Assembly: GCA_000708835.1 (NCBI GenBank)
Contig: DF237464.1
Coordinates: forward strand, 1,666 to 65,665
Direction of reading: 5' to 3'
DNA length: 64,000 nt
Source: Klebsormidium nitens
Lineage: Eukaryota; Plantae; Klebsormidiophyceae
The translations under genes were made by a program, and so were the position numbers. Position 1 is the stretch's first letter, and each line of letters starts with the position of its first letter. Under the pieces are notes generated by a model. The model saw only the letters and a list, made by a program, of their open reading frames with translations, was not told the origin of the DNA and searched no databases. Below are positions 37,001-49,595 of the stretch, one piece after another.

Positions 37001-40000
37001 AAGCTATGAAAGATCTCTCGGCAACGCAGGAGATCATCAAACCCGTGAGGGCTTGCAAACTTATTTGACCCCTACTCCTTTCAAAAGCTAGACAAGCAAC
37101 AGCTAGACAAGCAACTGAAAGTCAAAAGGTTCCGTCGACAACCTTTGCGTCTATTAGAAAGCCACCATATCGCTGAGGTCCCTGACCAGGGCAGTGATAT
37201 GCAGGGACACTGCGCGCGCGCACCTCGGCCTTGCGCAGCTTGGACGCCGCCTCGCGGTGCAGCTTGTCGATCTCGGCCAGCAGCTTGGCCTCGTACGCGC
37301 GGTGCTGCTCAAGCACGCCCTCCGTGGCGGCCTGGTGCTCCGCCAGCTTGGCCGCCACGCGGCTCTCCAGCTCGCGCCGCAGCACGCCCAGCTCCGCCTC
37401 CAGCCCGTCCGCCCGCCGCGCCTCGCGCAGCAGCTGCACAAACACGGGACACTCAACGCGCGCGTCGACACCAAGCAAGCAGTCACTGAGGCCCCTACTT
37501 TACCATCGCGAACTTGTCCAACCCCGAAAGGACTTGAATTCTCTCAGTAACGAGCAAAAATTGCAGTAACCCAAGGCTTTCGGATCTACGGGAAACTCAT
37601 AGTCCCCTGTCAGCAAGTGTTCCATCTACGGGCTGGCCCCGCCCCTGGTAGCGGCCCCCACCTTGATGTCGCCGCGCTGCGTGGCCTCCTTGACGGCGTC
37701 CTCCTTGTGCTGGCGCTCCACGGCGAGCGTGGTCTGGTACCGCTCCTCCGCCTCCATGGCCGCCTTCTCGTGCTCCTTCACCGTCTGCCGCAGGCCCAGC
37801 TCCGCGCGCTCCGCCACCTCGTCGTGCTCGCGCAGCCGCGCCGCCGCGTCCTGCTCCACCCGGTGCAGCTTGTACGCTGCCTCGTCCGACAGCTTCTGCA
37901 GGCTCCACCGCAGCTCCTGCAGCGCAGCGCACGCGGAACGAGTCAAACTTCCGGTAGCAGCAACTCGTGCCCGCCGTTGCAGGCACTAAGCGTCTTCGCC
38001 AAGTGCCTGTTATGCACTCAGAAAGACCACGGACAACCTCGCTTCCCCTTCTGCGTGCCAAACACTGACAGTGCTAGAAAGATATAGAGACCACCCAATG
38101 CTGAGGGTGAGCCAAGAAGCCCCTTGTGTTCCGACACTCGCATCGTGATGAATGTTTGTGGCAAACTCCACATATTCCGGCCACCGCTCGCGTGCGCACC
38201 TCTTTCTCGCGCTCTTCCTTTTGTAGCGTGCTTTTCTTCACGAGCACCAGCGCGTCCGTCGGCGCCTCCTCCCCGCCCACCATCGGTGCGGCGGTCGCCT
38301 GCGCGGCCTGGTCGGGCGCCGCGTCCCGGTGGCCCGCCACGGCCGCGACAAACACGATGCCGTCCACGCCCGCGCTGAACACCAGGCCGGCAGACTCTAC
38401 GCAGCACAGACCCGTAAGGGGGCCGCCGTGCAGGAACAGCTCGGGGGACGCGCGCGAGCCGTCGGAGGCGAGAGGGTACTGCCGCAGGCTGAGGGCCCCG
38501 TTGCGCGCCCCGGTCGCCAGGAGCGCCCGCGAGAAGAGGCCGGCCATCCAGACGGTGGCAGAGTGGCCGCCAAAGTGCTCCGACACGATGTTGGTGCGGA
38601 TGATGGGCGACACCGCCGCCACCGGCGGCCCCGCGCGGCCGCGCTCCAAGTTGCGGCTCGAGAGCGCCCCCCCCGCGCGCTGCAGCGCCTCCGAGGAGTG
38701 GCTGCCGAAGCTGGCGCTGGCAGGGACGGAGCTGCCCTCCCGCCGCAACGACGCATGCGGCGCCAGGGCCTCCGGGCCCGGCTGGCCGCCCTCTGCCGCG
38801 GCGAGCTGCTTGCCGGTGTCGAAGACGCGCAGGGGCGTGCTGGCGCCGCAGGCGAGGAGCGCGGTGCGGTCGTGGTTGTAGAGGACGCAGGTGTAGTCGG
38901 AGCCCTTGATGACGCTCTCCTCCGCGCGCGCCAGCCGCTCCATGCTCCAGCTGTACACCGTGCCGTGCGCGTCCGCCGACACCAGGTACAGGCTGTCCGC
39001 CGACCAGCACAGGCTGCTCACCGGCTTCGAGTGGCCCTGCGGCAGGGGGGAAGAAGAAGAGTGAGGCTGCGAAAGGCGACTGAGAACACCCTTGTAAATA
39101 TAGGAGTGGAGGAGTTCGGTTCTCAGAGCAAGTTACCCCAGCCTGTCGACAAACGAAGTAAGAATCGCACTGAGGGGCTAAAGAACTCCGCAGGTATAGG
39201 AACCATCCTACGATGCGTTTGGATATGCAAAATGTCACAGGATACGTAGCCTGTTTCAACCCTGTGCCGGAGCCCTCAGCCAGGGACGCTATAACAAAAA
39301 CCTCTGGCCACTCGTTTCTTACTTGCACAACTTCGATTCCGGGAATTTATGCGCATGCTATCCCCATGATCTTCGGAACAAGCCCCCCCCCACCACAGGG
39401 TACGCACGGCTAACCTTGAAGGCGACGAGCGGCGTCCAGTCGAGGGCGGAGTAGACGGTGAGCTCGCGCGGGGTGGCGGCCGCGGCGAGGTGCCCGCTGG
39501 GGCTGTACTTGAGCTTGCTGCAGTCGCGCAACGTCAGCTCCGCCGTCACCTGCAGCCTGCACCGCAGCGGCTCTCATTAAGGTCTCCTCAGCCTTTGCTG
39601 CGGAACTGCCGACTTTTGCGCTGCGCCATGGCGGAAAGGGAGGGCCCTCGACCATTACTCGCGCGCCTAGACGAACCAAGGGAAGGAACCTTTTCGCCTT
39701 CCCAACTCCTGCCACGCCGAACACTTTCTTGTGATCTGTCTACGGAGGCTGCTACTGCAGTGCACCGGTCCGTACTGTCGTTTTCAAAAGGTAGTTACAT
39801 GCGGACGACGCACATGACATCATTGACGTAAGCCTCTTCATAGACTTAGCGTCGGCTGGTAACGCTCCATCCTCATTCCGTTGTCCATCAGAACCCTGAT
39901 CTTTGCTTTGCTTGCAGTGAGAGCAATGCCGTTGAGCTTGGATTGCGGCGGCTCACTTGTTGACGAGGACGTAGTAGACGAGCACGCGCTGCGGCAGCGC

Positions 40001-43000
40001 CACCAGCAGCTGGTACCCCCACGGGTTGAACGCCACCGCGCGCGGCTCCTCCTCCAGCCTGCACCGGGCGGCAAGCACGCCAGTCTAGAGGCCACCAAAC
40101 ACCGGTCACACCAAGATGGCTCTGCCTCGTCAGCCACTTTCAAGGCAGGAAGCTCCCATCAGTAGGATAGGGGTGTGGAATGAGGTCATCTTGTCGCTGG
40201 AATGCACGCCGAAGCCGGAAGGGCAGCAGAGCCTATCTGGGCGGTTGCGGCGTCTCACATGTGCACGAGCTCTGCGGTCCAGTTCTTGTAGTCCCACACG
40301 CGGAGGCTCTGGTCCGCGGACACGCTGGCCAGCAGGCAGCGCCGGGGGCACACGTCCAGGCCCAGCACGTCACCCGAGTGGAAGCCTGCACCGCCACACG
40401 GACCGCACAACACAATGAGCCGCACGCCAATACTGGAGCGGCAAAGTGGCCCTGGCTCGCCCCAGACTAGAGAAGCTCCCGAGCGCAAAGCCAGCGCAAC
40501 AAGGTGTTGCTGGGATATGTCGGGGCAGAGGGTTAGCCACCGATCGTCAGGGGAAGCGAAGTCCTTCCGCGGGACGGCTCACCGGTGAGCATGGGCGTGA
40601 AGACCTTGCTCGAGTCCTGTTCCGCGTCCATGGCCGTCAGGCTTACCGACAGCACACTCTCGCCCTGCACCGTAACAGCACCGCACGCCATCAGCGCAGC
40701 TCCACATCACCCCTCCCGGCGCAACGTCGCCGTGCATGCAAACCGATGCGCTTGATGAAACGAAAGCTGCACAACTGGAGCTGACGCATGCCAGCTTGAG
40801 GCATGTGCAGGCTGCGCGCTTGGCAACGAGAGCACAGAGAGAAGGGGGCGATCACGCAGGGTGGCCCCCGTGGGCGGGGCGTACCTCGAGGACGACCTTG
40901 GCGCTGGCCTCCGCCGGGTCGAGCGCAATGCAGCTCAGGGAGGCCTGGCCTCTGCACCACAACAGGCATGCTGAGCGGATGGAAAACTATGGGATGCCCT
41001 GGCGGAGAGCGTACGAAGGGGCATCGATGCTGGGGCGCGGTGTGTGGGAACGGATTGCGCATGCCTCAGATGGTCACGACAATCACGGAAAGCAGTGACG
41101 GTGGACTGGCACGGCAGCCGGCTCACCTGCCAGCTGGCAGCTCCTGCTTCGACCATTCTCCAGAAGCCTGCACAGAGTAAGCGAAAAAGTTCAGGAGCTA
41201 TGCACTACAGCAACTTTTCACGATATACGAAGCGGTTTGCCCTCAGTTGTTAGATGCAGCGGTACGGGTTTCCTTGTGCCTGGCTCCTCACCACGTCATT
41301 AGCTGGGGCTTTGTAGAGCAGCAGTCGGCCCAGCACGCTCCCGGCCAGGAAGCCGTGTGCGGTGGCCGCCAGACAATAGATGGGGCCGTTGTGATTCAGC
41401 CTCTGCACGCACACACAGCGCGGGGGTCAGCACGCAGGCAAGCGGCAAGAAAACACGCCACAAGGAGCCTAAAGGGTCTTCTGCGCAGAACAAATCCAGA
41501 GACAGATGCAACAAAACCGGAGTCGGTCTCGAGGAAGAGCAGGAGTCAACGGGTGACAGGCAACGGATATATGGCGAGGGAGGATTTGCTCACCTGCTGG
41601 ACCTGTCCCTCGGCTATGAGGAACACCACCCCGTCACGGTTCGCCACGGCGAGGGTACCGTCTACGAGCCAGGCATGGTCCGTGTAGTCGGGCAACACTT
41701 TCTGGGTGGCCGGGGTGCGCATCATGGTCGCGCTTCGTGGGGTGGAGCAAGCCGAGGACTGGCGGTGGGTCCCCCCCAGAGAGCGCGGAGGGGGCGCCAT
41801 GCCCGCCACAGACACGGCCTTGAGGCCCTTGTCATTCCAGCGCCACAGCTTGAATACGCGTGCGCCTGAAAAACAGCAGCCCGGATTTCTTTTAGCAAGG
41901 AGCAGAGTCGGGAAGAGCTCCGTCAAATGTGTTTCTCTCGTAGAAGTTACAAAGCGTTTTTGCAGTTTGACTCTGCTTGTGAAAAGGTGGTCGTTTGCAA
42001 TACATCTGGGCAAGTAGCAATGGATGTCTTTCAAAGAAGGGAGGTCCAGGTCGTACCTGTGGTTGCCAGCTCGGTTGGCTCCTTCTTGTTGAAGCTGACA
42101 CGGACCACGTCACTCCCCACACTGGCGCTGGCAAGCACCTGCCAGGAGACGCGCACACCGTGAGCAGCCCACAAGATCGCGTCGTACAAAATCTGGCACA
42201 TGTGCCTCCACAGGTGCAAATGGACACAGATGTATGCTTCGCTAGCATCTGGGGGAAGGCACAAATCATAGTTATTTGATGAAGGGCAGCAGTGGAAGTC
42301 GTGGAAGTCAGTGGAAGTGTCCAGACAGTGGCGGGGGTGATGACAAAGGGCGGCGCCCACCTTGCTCTTTGGCAGATTCCAGCAGGTGAGCGTGGCGGCC
42401 TCATCGTTGGCCACTGTCACCAACGACTCGCCATCGGGGGAGAAGGCGCATGCAGTGAAGTCTGCAGAGGCCAGATCCAGAGAATCATCAACGCACCCCT
42501 GAGCTGCCGTGCTGTGTCAGCTAGTGTCAACAACTGACTGGCAAGTCACAACATGCTGACATCTTCTTAAGCCAGGTGGAAAGTGAGAGATACCGTGGGC
42601 CCCATCACACCGCTGCTGCACTGCCAGACAGCGGAGGCCTGGGCAGCCTCACCTCCCATGTACGCGGTCTGCAGCGTCTTCACTTTCTGGTGGCTTCTGC
42701 AGTCATAGATGGTGACCTGCCGAAAGATCGAAAGAGACTTTGTGTGCCACTCCTTTCAAATCTCCAGAAGCCCCAGCAATCCGTTCCTGAGAACGAAAAT
42801 GAGTCAGACAGGAACCTTGGTGGTCTCCTTCTTTCATATGAAGCCCTGGCGCGTCTGCATCCAGTCCTATCGCATGGCACCCGCCCTCACCTGGCCTGCT
42901 CCCCTGACCTTCTCACACGCCGCCACCAGCTTCCCATTTGGGGACACCACCACCGCAGTGATGGCCTGCACCGCAGAGCTGACAATGAGAGGCGCCGAGA

Positions 43001-43394
43001 GAGTGGCAGCCAACCACCACGAAATGGGATCACCATCAGCGCAAGCGGACTGAGATACTGGAGGCTCTTGTAAGCAGCAGCGTAACACATTGTGATGGTG
43101 ATGTCTATAAGGTCAGCTGGCGGCTGGCAGCTGACGTGGCCATTATCTATTGTCTTCCTGCTAGCAAAGGCAGGTTTTGCAGCTCCCCTTTGGACTGCAT
43201 TCTCTTTGCATAGCTCAAAGAGCACCAGCGTACCTCAACATTGGCATTGCCAGTGGTGAACTGGAGGGGGGGGCTCCTCTCTTCGCTGTAAAAGGCAAGG
43301 ACCTTGCCAGTTCCGTACACTGTTGTGGCCTCCGACACGCAGCCCAGCTGGCAAGGCCGCCCAGGGCCGCGGGGGCCGCCAAAGCCAAAGGCAT
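34050..43394 (-). CDS. CFAP57: Cilia- and flagella-associated protein 57 (WDR65/FAP57): WD40 repeats plus coiled coil; about 21 exons
   Basis: Phase-compatible GT-AG exons encode WD blades (AITAVVVSPNGKLVAACE, FTACAFSPDGESL, GFHSGDVLGLDVCPRRCLLASVSADQSLRVWDY, EEPRAVAFNPWGYQLLVAL, LKYSPSGHLAAA, GHSKPVSSLCWSADSLYLVSADAHGTVYSW, LHGGPLTGL). These are followed by a long coiled coil (LLLEKEDEILRMRKTIGEHE..IRDTKIRKLE). The start codon at 43394 is tentative. Confidence 0.85.
34063..34200 (-). repeat. Two diverged 69-bp (23-aa) tandem units at the CFAP57 C-terminus
   Basis: ELEVQNATSMRRLPSSRQSTEST and EIEVQEATSMTKSTSSRQSVEST, immediately before the stop codon. Confidence 0.85.
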
Positions 43395-44505
43395 GGCTGC
43401 GCAGAAGAGCAGGGGGAAGACCGATTCAGGAAAGAAGGGCCTTGATAGTTCACGCGGGCGGGCAGTCGCTGAACTTATCTGAATATATGTAGATTTATCT
43501 TCAAAGTGGCGACTCGGCAAGGGGAGAAGAATACGTTGGTGACTCATTGACGTTTGCAGTCATATACACATGGCCCGAAAAACGACTTAGATGGTGCCAG
43601 CACATGGGGATGTTCTTAGAGAGCGTGTCTAACGTGACCACCGAGCTACTAGGCGCCAGTTTCTTACATGGGCTCCAGGAAAGCTCCCTCCATGCTAACG
43701 GCAATGACAAGACGCCTTCTCAAGAGGCATCACAATTCCTGCCTCGTCTTCTTTCAGCTGCCAGGACGGGCAGCGAAGCTCCTGTCATCGTTGCATGGCC
43801 ACTTTCAGTGCCGCCATGCTGTGAAAGCAGGGCTCCGTATGCCACTGTACGGTATGGTCTGCATTGGGACCGCCATGAGTCATGAACTTGAAGAAACCCT
43901 AAAATTTATCAGCAGGCCGGGGCGGCCGCCCGGCGCGCTTCTGAGTTTGCGGACGTAAAGTTCTTGAACCATGAGCATTGAGTACCTGTGAGCCGGCGTC
44001 CATTAGCGTACGAGACAGCGACTCAACGTGTCGAAACGCTGTCCCGGGTTGATCGTGCCCAATCTTCATCACCATGCTGATGTGGCATGTTCTTGCTTTA
44101 GCCGCTCTAGCGCGTGCAGCTGGGCAAGGGTGGCCAAGCAAACAGGTGCCAGCTCTGACGAGTCTGAGCAAGCAAGCAAGTTCTCTCTGCTCGCCGTGCC
44201 CAGAAAGAAGAATCAGCAGGAGAAGCAGGCGGGTTCAACTGCCTTCTGTACACGCATCACCAGCAGCTGCTGCATTGTAGCCCAGGGCCGGGCTGCAGAA
44301 CGAGCTGAGGATTTCAAGCTTTCCACATTGCATGACTGTTGGGCTTGTGCAAAGGAGACAGCACACAGGTCCGTGCAGTTTTGATCCTGGGCACCTTTTG
44401 TCCCCTGAAAGAAGCACAATCAACGTAGTTGCATCTGGGCAAAGCCTGATAGGCTTGGTTTGCCAGAGGATTTATTGACTCAAAAGAGTTAGAGGCCAGC
44501 GGACG

Positions 44506-46829
44506 ATGGCGCTGACCGCTGCATTGCAGCCCTCCACTCTACCTCGGTGGTCGCGCTCCCAATTGGACCATTTGGAAGCGGACCGCAGCGGCTGCTATTC
44601 CCATGCCCGCCATTCGTCCTTTTATGGCACCCAGCTGGAGCGCGTTCATCAGCGCAGCACCCAGCAGCCTGCCAGGCAATGCCGTGGGGCGGTGAAAGCA
44701 GCGGCCTCGGGGGAGGGGAACAGCGCCCCAAAGAGCAAAAAGACAAGGATACACAAGCTGGTGGAGGAGAAAGGGGTGCTGCTGATGCCAGGCTGCTATG
44801 ATGCCCTGTCCGCCAGGATATTGCAGAAGAGTGGCTTCAATGCAGGTACACAGCTTGGTTTGATTCAGATGGTGCGAAGCCATTGATTGACCTGGCACCG
44901 TCCCTGTTGCTTTCTCTGATGCCAGATTCCTGAGGGCTGTGAAGTATCTGACATGCGCTGTGAGCAGACTTTGTTATTCTGTTCATTTTCTAGCTCATAG
45001 CCAGGTGTTTTGAATGACCGTTATGCACATTTGAGTACAATTTCTGCACTGGTGCACAGAAGATGCTTGTCCCAATTGCACCAACGACGACGTCCTCAGA
45101 GCAGGACTTTCAGCAGAGGTTGCACTTCCAACGGAGTCCTTTGACCCCACGGCAGGCCTGGCAATTAAACATCCTCAATACGTGCAGGGTTTATCTCTGG
45201 GTACGCAATGTCCGCTGCTTTTCTGGGCAAGCCAGACTTCGGACTCTTGACGCCTCCCGAGATGGCGTCCAATGCGCGCCACATCTGCGCAGCAGCAACC
45301 GACATTCCCATCATAGCCGATGCGGACACTGGGGGAGGAAATGCTCTCAATGTACAGCGAACAGTGAAGGACCTCATTGCGGCCGGGGCGGCTGGGTGCT
45401 TCCTTGAAGACCAGCAGTGGCCAAAGAAATGCGGCCACATGAGAGGAAAGCAGGTGAGCGAGTCTCCAAGCCTCGCAGCAAGAGGGCGCAGATTGCCCGA
45501 CCAGCGCTGTGGGCTGGCATGATACCGCTGAACCTTGGTGACGTAGATCAACACTGCCCTATCAACATCTGCCTCCTTACATCTCTTGAAACATTGGAAA
45601 TGCATCAGACTTGCATCATGTTATACTAGTGGATCAGCTCCATGCCACACTTTCGCTGATTGGAGAGAGTCGCGGGCTTCTTCACAGTTGCTTTGAACCA
45701 GCTGCGGTGCGCCCGCTGTGACCCTGCAGGTGATCCCCATGGAGGAGCATGCCCAGAAGATTGCAGCTGCACGGGACGCCATTGGCGATGCGGACTTCTT
45801 CCTGGTGGCCAGGACGGATGCCCGGGCCACGTCGAAGATGTACGGGTTGCAGGACGCCATTGCGAGGGCCAACCTCTACATGGAGGTACGGGACCTGTGC
45901 CTGAGCGAATACTTTATATTGCATGACTAGCTTCTTCCTTGAAACCTCAGTAATCTTTCAACAGTGATGGCCCGCACACTGGACGCCTCTTCTAAAATTT
46001 TGGTACAGTCAATAGGTCCTTGGTCCATGTGCTGATGGTAGAAAATGATTCTGACACAGGAGGCATGTCTCATGATCACGGCCAGGCTGAAGACATTGTC
46101 CCTGAGCATGACAGCAGTTCAACCCGTAGAGCATGCTTTTTGCCAGTGCTTTCTGTCTTATGTTGTGGCTTGAGCTCCACACTAGATTGGTAGTTTGGCA
46201 GCTCATGGTCGTACGAAAATTGGAGCATGGGCAGCGTCACTTCAAGCTTATGTACTTGTGTTTTTCGTTCTCTATTTGGTCAGTACTGGAAGAACTTGCT
46301 TCCCTACCACAGTCAGCCATCTTGTGTTAGCAAGGTGTAAACACGCTGGGATTGACAGCAGCTTTCGTTACACGGGGGCAGGAAGAGGTCCGTGCCGAGG
46401 AAATGCCCCCCTGGCCTATCCCTGACCGCCCACTTTGTACAGGCGGGAGCGGACGCCAGTTTTGTGGAGGCGCCCCGTGACGATGACGAGTTGCGGTTAA
46501 TCGGGCGGCAAACCCAGGGGCTGCGGGTTTGCAACATGCTTGAGGGCGGGGTAACGCCGCTGCACCCGCCTGAGGAGCTTGCGGAGATGGGCTTCCAGAT
46601 CATCGTGCACCCTTTGACTGGGCTGTACGCTGCGAGTCGGGCATTGTTGGACATTTACGACGAGCTGCACCGTAGGGGGACAACCAAGTGGAGTCTTAGA
46701 AAGTTGGCTACTTTTGAAGAGTTCAATCAGATAGTAGACTTGGAAGATCTGTTCCAAAAGGAGGCCAAGTACGGATTTAAGGAGCCTACAGAGCCGTACT
46801 ACAGCAACGTAGACAGCAAGGGCGTATAA
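44506..46829 (+). CDS. Isocitrate lyase/PEP mutase superfamily enzyme (carboxyvinyl-carboxyphosphonate phosphorylmutase / 2,3-dimethylmalate lyase-like), probably plastid-targeted
   Basis: Exons 44506-44845, 45188-45453, 45730-45885 and 46443-46829. Motifs: MPGCYDALSA, GFISGYA, PDFGLL, IIADADTGGG, AAGCFLEDQQWPKKCGH, LVARTDA, AGADASFVEAP, NMLEGGVTP. Confidence 0.94.
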
Positions 46830-48776
46830 ACCATTCCAGATTGAGACGGGGCGTTATAGTAGCGCGTCTGTTTCATGCTGCCTCAGTTTTGACCAGCTCC
46901 TTGGTGTGACCAAAGTAGCCACTTCAGTGTTGCGTCGGATTCAAAAAGAAACCATCAGCTAGCAAGTTTCAGCATGATTGCAGATCCTTATCGGCCGGCA
47001 GTGTGATCGAACCGCACAAATGTAATCCATTGACGTTGTCGATTTCTTGCAGTGGATCGAGATCAGACACCGAGCATATACCATGGCTACTGTCATGCAG
47101 ATACATATATAAGGAAAAACATTCCAACATTGCCTGGCGGCTAGGGCCTGCACGTTGCAAACCGATTTGCATTGTTTATGCGCCGGCGGGCCCGCAGGGC
47201 CGCCTCTGTGCAGATTCAATATTCATGGCACACAGGCAATTAATCACTGCAGTTTGTGCATGCATTACATCCGAATCTTGTACATCATATGGATCTGCAG
47301 ATGGTCATGCAGCTAGCTAGGCGGCCACGCACGCGGCATGTGTGCATGCGCATATTGGCTTGCCTCTTTTACGCAGTAAAATATGCGAACTATTGCTTTC
47401 GTGTCAACCGCGTTTTTGCGACGCTGTACGACGCCGCTGTGCGGAAGATAAGGAAGCCGGGTCTGCCGCGGCTTCCGGTTGGCCAGAGTTCGATACGAAA
47501 ACGTACGAAGAATCCCCCAAACGTCCCATACCTCAAAAGCCACCAAGCCCAGGCTGCCCCGCGCGCCTTCGCGGATTAATGCTACGAATCGAATGCGGAC
47601 GCGAGTTTGCCGACGCGCAAAAACGTAACATTGTAACGCTTGACCTCGATTTCTCCGAACAGCTTGACTACAGGATTGCCACGTAGCATGCCGAGGGCTG
47701 TGAGGCTGCCACGTTGCGATTTGTACCTCTGCCGAATGTGTCCCGGTCACGAAGCGTAATTAATAAATATCAAAACCCCCTTATCTGCGATGGACTCGTC
47801 CAGTATTGCCCACTCAGAATTGCAAGGCTGCATCAAAGTGCCCGGAAGGAAGAGCATCCGATAATCTGGTACGTACTGCACAGCGAGCAACGGTTTGAAC
47901 CACACGACGGTGTACGGAATTCTATGTACCGAGTGTGAGCGCGCTCGCGCACCATCAACACGCACTTCTGAGAGTCAATGCCATAAGACGCACTTTTACA
48001 TTTCTGCCCCGTTGCCCCATGCAAAAGAGGCAAGCCCCCGCCGCCCTCTTGGGCGGTCTACCATGTTTAGTCACATGTCGGATCGGAAGCATCGACTTTG
48101 ACACAGTATACTGCATTATATGCATACATACCAAGTCGATCGAGGGGCATGCAGGATAACCGATTAGAGCGCGCTGTAAATTGCCGCCACAGCGGATTGC
48201 CGCATGGGACCATGCCCGCTGTTATAGACCCTCAATGAACCATGCACGCTGCAAGCCGTTGTGGGCAACGCGTTCGTTATAAGCCACGTACATGCATTGA
48301 AGTTGAGGAGTCACTCAAATGTATGTATCCGGCGGGCCAATAATAGGGCGGAAAACTATGCAAAATTGTATATACCATGCATAACCGTCCAATATCTTGT
48401 AAATCCTGCTGGTGCGGAAGGTATAGTTCATATGCTAGATCAAGCTGGAGCTGTGTCTAGATATACAGCTGGACCAGATCCACAGTGCACTGCATGCAAT
48501 GCATTGACCGCCAAAGTTGAAAGATGCCAAGCCTGAACTCGAAGTATCAGCTGGTCAACTGAAGCGGGAGTGGCCAATGATTCACGTGATCAAGGGCAAG
48601 ACCCAGGAGTAGAAATGCTTGTCTAGCATAAACAATTAGCCACGATCATCAGTCATCACGCCACCCGCCGTAGCCGTTTGCATAGCTTACAAAACATACT
48701 ATACATCCCATCCGTGTGCATGATTTGCTAAGTTGCAGTGTGTTAGTGTGCTGCTTGTTTTCTGTAGTAATAAACA

Positions 48777-49030
48777 TTGGACATGACTTGCAGCCGTAGC
48801 AAGCTGCAGAGTCAATTCATTGTACCCCGGTCTCACCGGAGCATTGCCCGATGGCTCAACGTGGCCCAGGGTTTATAAGAACATGTGACCATCAAGTGTT
48901 GCAGCGCACTGGAGTCTACTATGCGATTGTTGGGACCTTGGACATGACTTGCGGCCGTAGCAAGCTGCAGAGTCAACTCATTGTACCGTCCCGGTCTCAC
49001 CGGCAGACTTGCCCGATGGCTCAATGTGGC
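48777..49030. repeat. Imperfect direct repeat of about 90 bp, two copies at a 161-bp period, each containing a hairpin
   Basis: Copy 1 is 48777-48865 and copy 2 is 48938-49030. Both begin ttggacatgacttgc(a/g)gccgtagcaagctgcagagtcaa and end gcccgatggctcaa(c/t)gtggc. Confidence 0.9.
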
Positions 49031-49595
49031 TAAGGGCGTTAATAAATCGTAAGTTACCATTGTTTGTCTCGAACACAAAGCTGGGAATTGCTTTATATGA
49101 GTGATTAGGCTGATAATCTCTGCCTTACATGCAAAACTGCTGCAGATTATATGTGGCGCGCCCTAGGACCAAGCAACTTCCCATCGTTATAACAGATCGG
49201 TTGGCAGGCCGCGGCCGGACATATGAGTTGGCTCATCATACTCGGTGGCCCAGTTGTCAGGTGCCGTTCTTGATCACTGTTTGGGCCTGGCTGGCACGTA
49301 GAGGATCCACAAAGCCTGGCTTGTGAGGAGCTTTTCAAAGGATCGAAAACCTCTCCACAAATCATCAGGTTGTTGCAGCTCAACTTTTTCTTTTACCTCC
49401 AAGACAACAAAGGTAGAAAGTTGCGGGACCGTCCATAGCTTGTAAGTGCGTGCTCAATCAATTCAATTAACATACATATCACGGACAAAAACGCCAGCCA
49501 TCAGCTTTAGCTTATTCTAGCAATTCTACAAGAGGCAAGACGGGGTGATGCGTTCCTTGCTAGCTCGTGAAATGATGATCTGTAAGCTATGCATA

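Noticed and set aside
48547-48659. Box C (GTGATGA) ... box D (CTGA) on the minus strand
   Set aside because: No terminal stem and no recognisable rRNA antisense element.
48781-48815. SECIS-like ATGA...AA...GA pattern in the duplicated hairpin
   Set aside because: Spacing is wrong (only 6 nt between AA and GA, with no ~11-bp helix II), and there is no upstream selenoprotein ORF on that strand.
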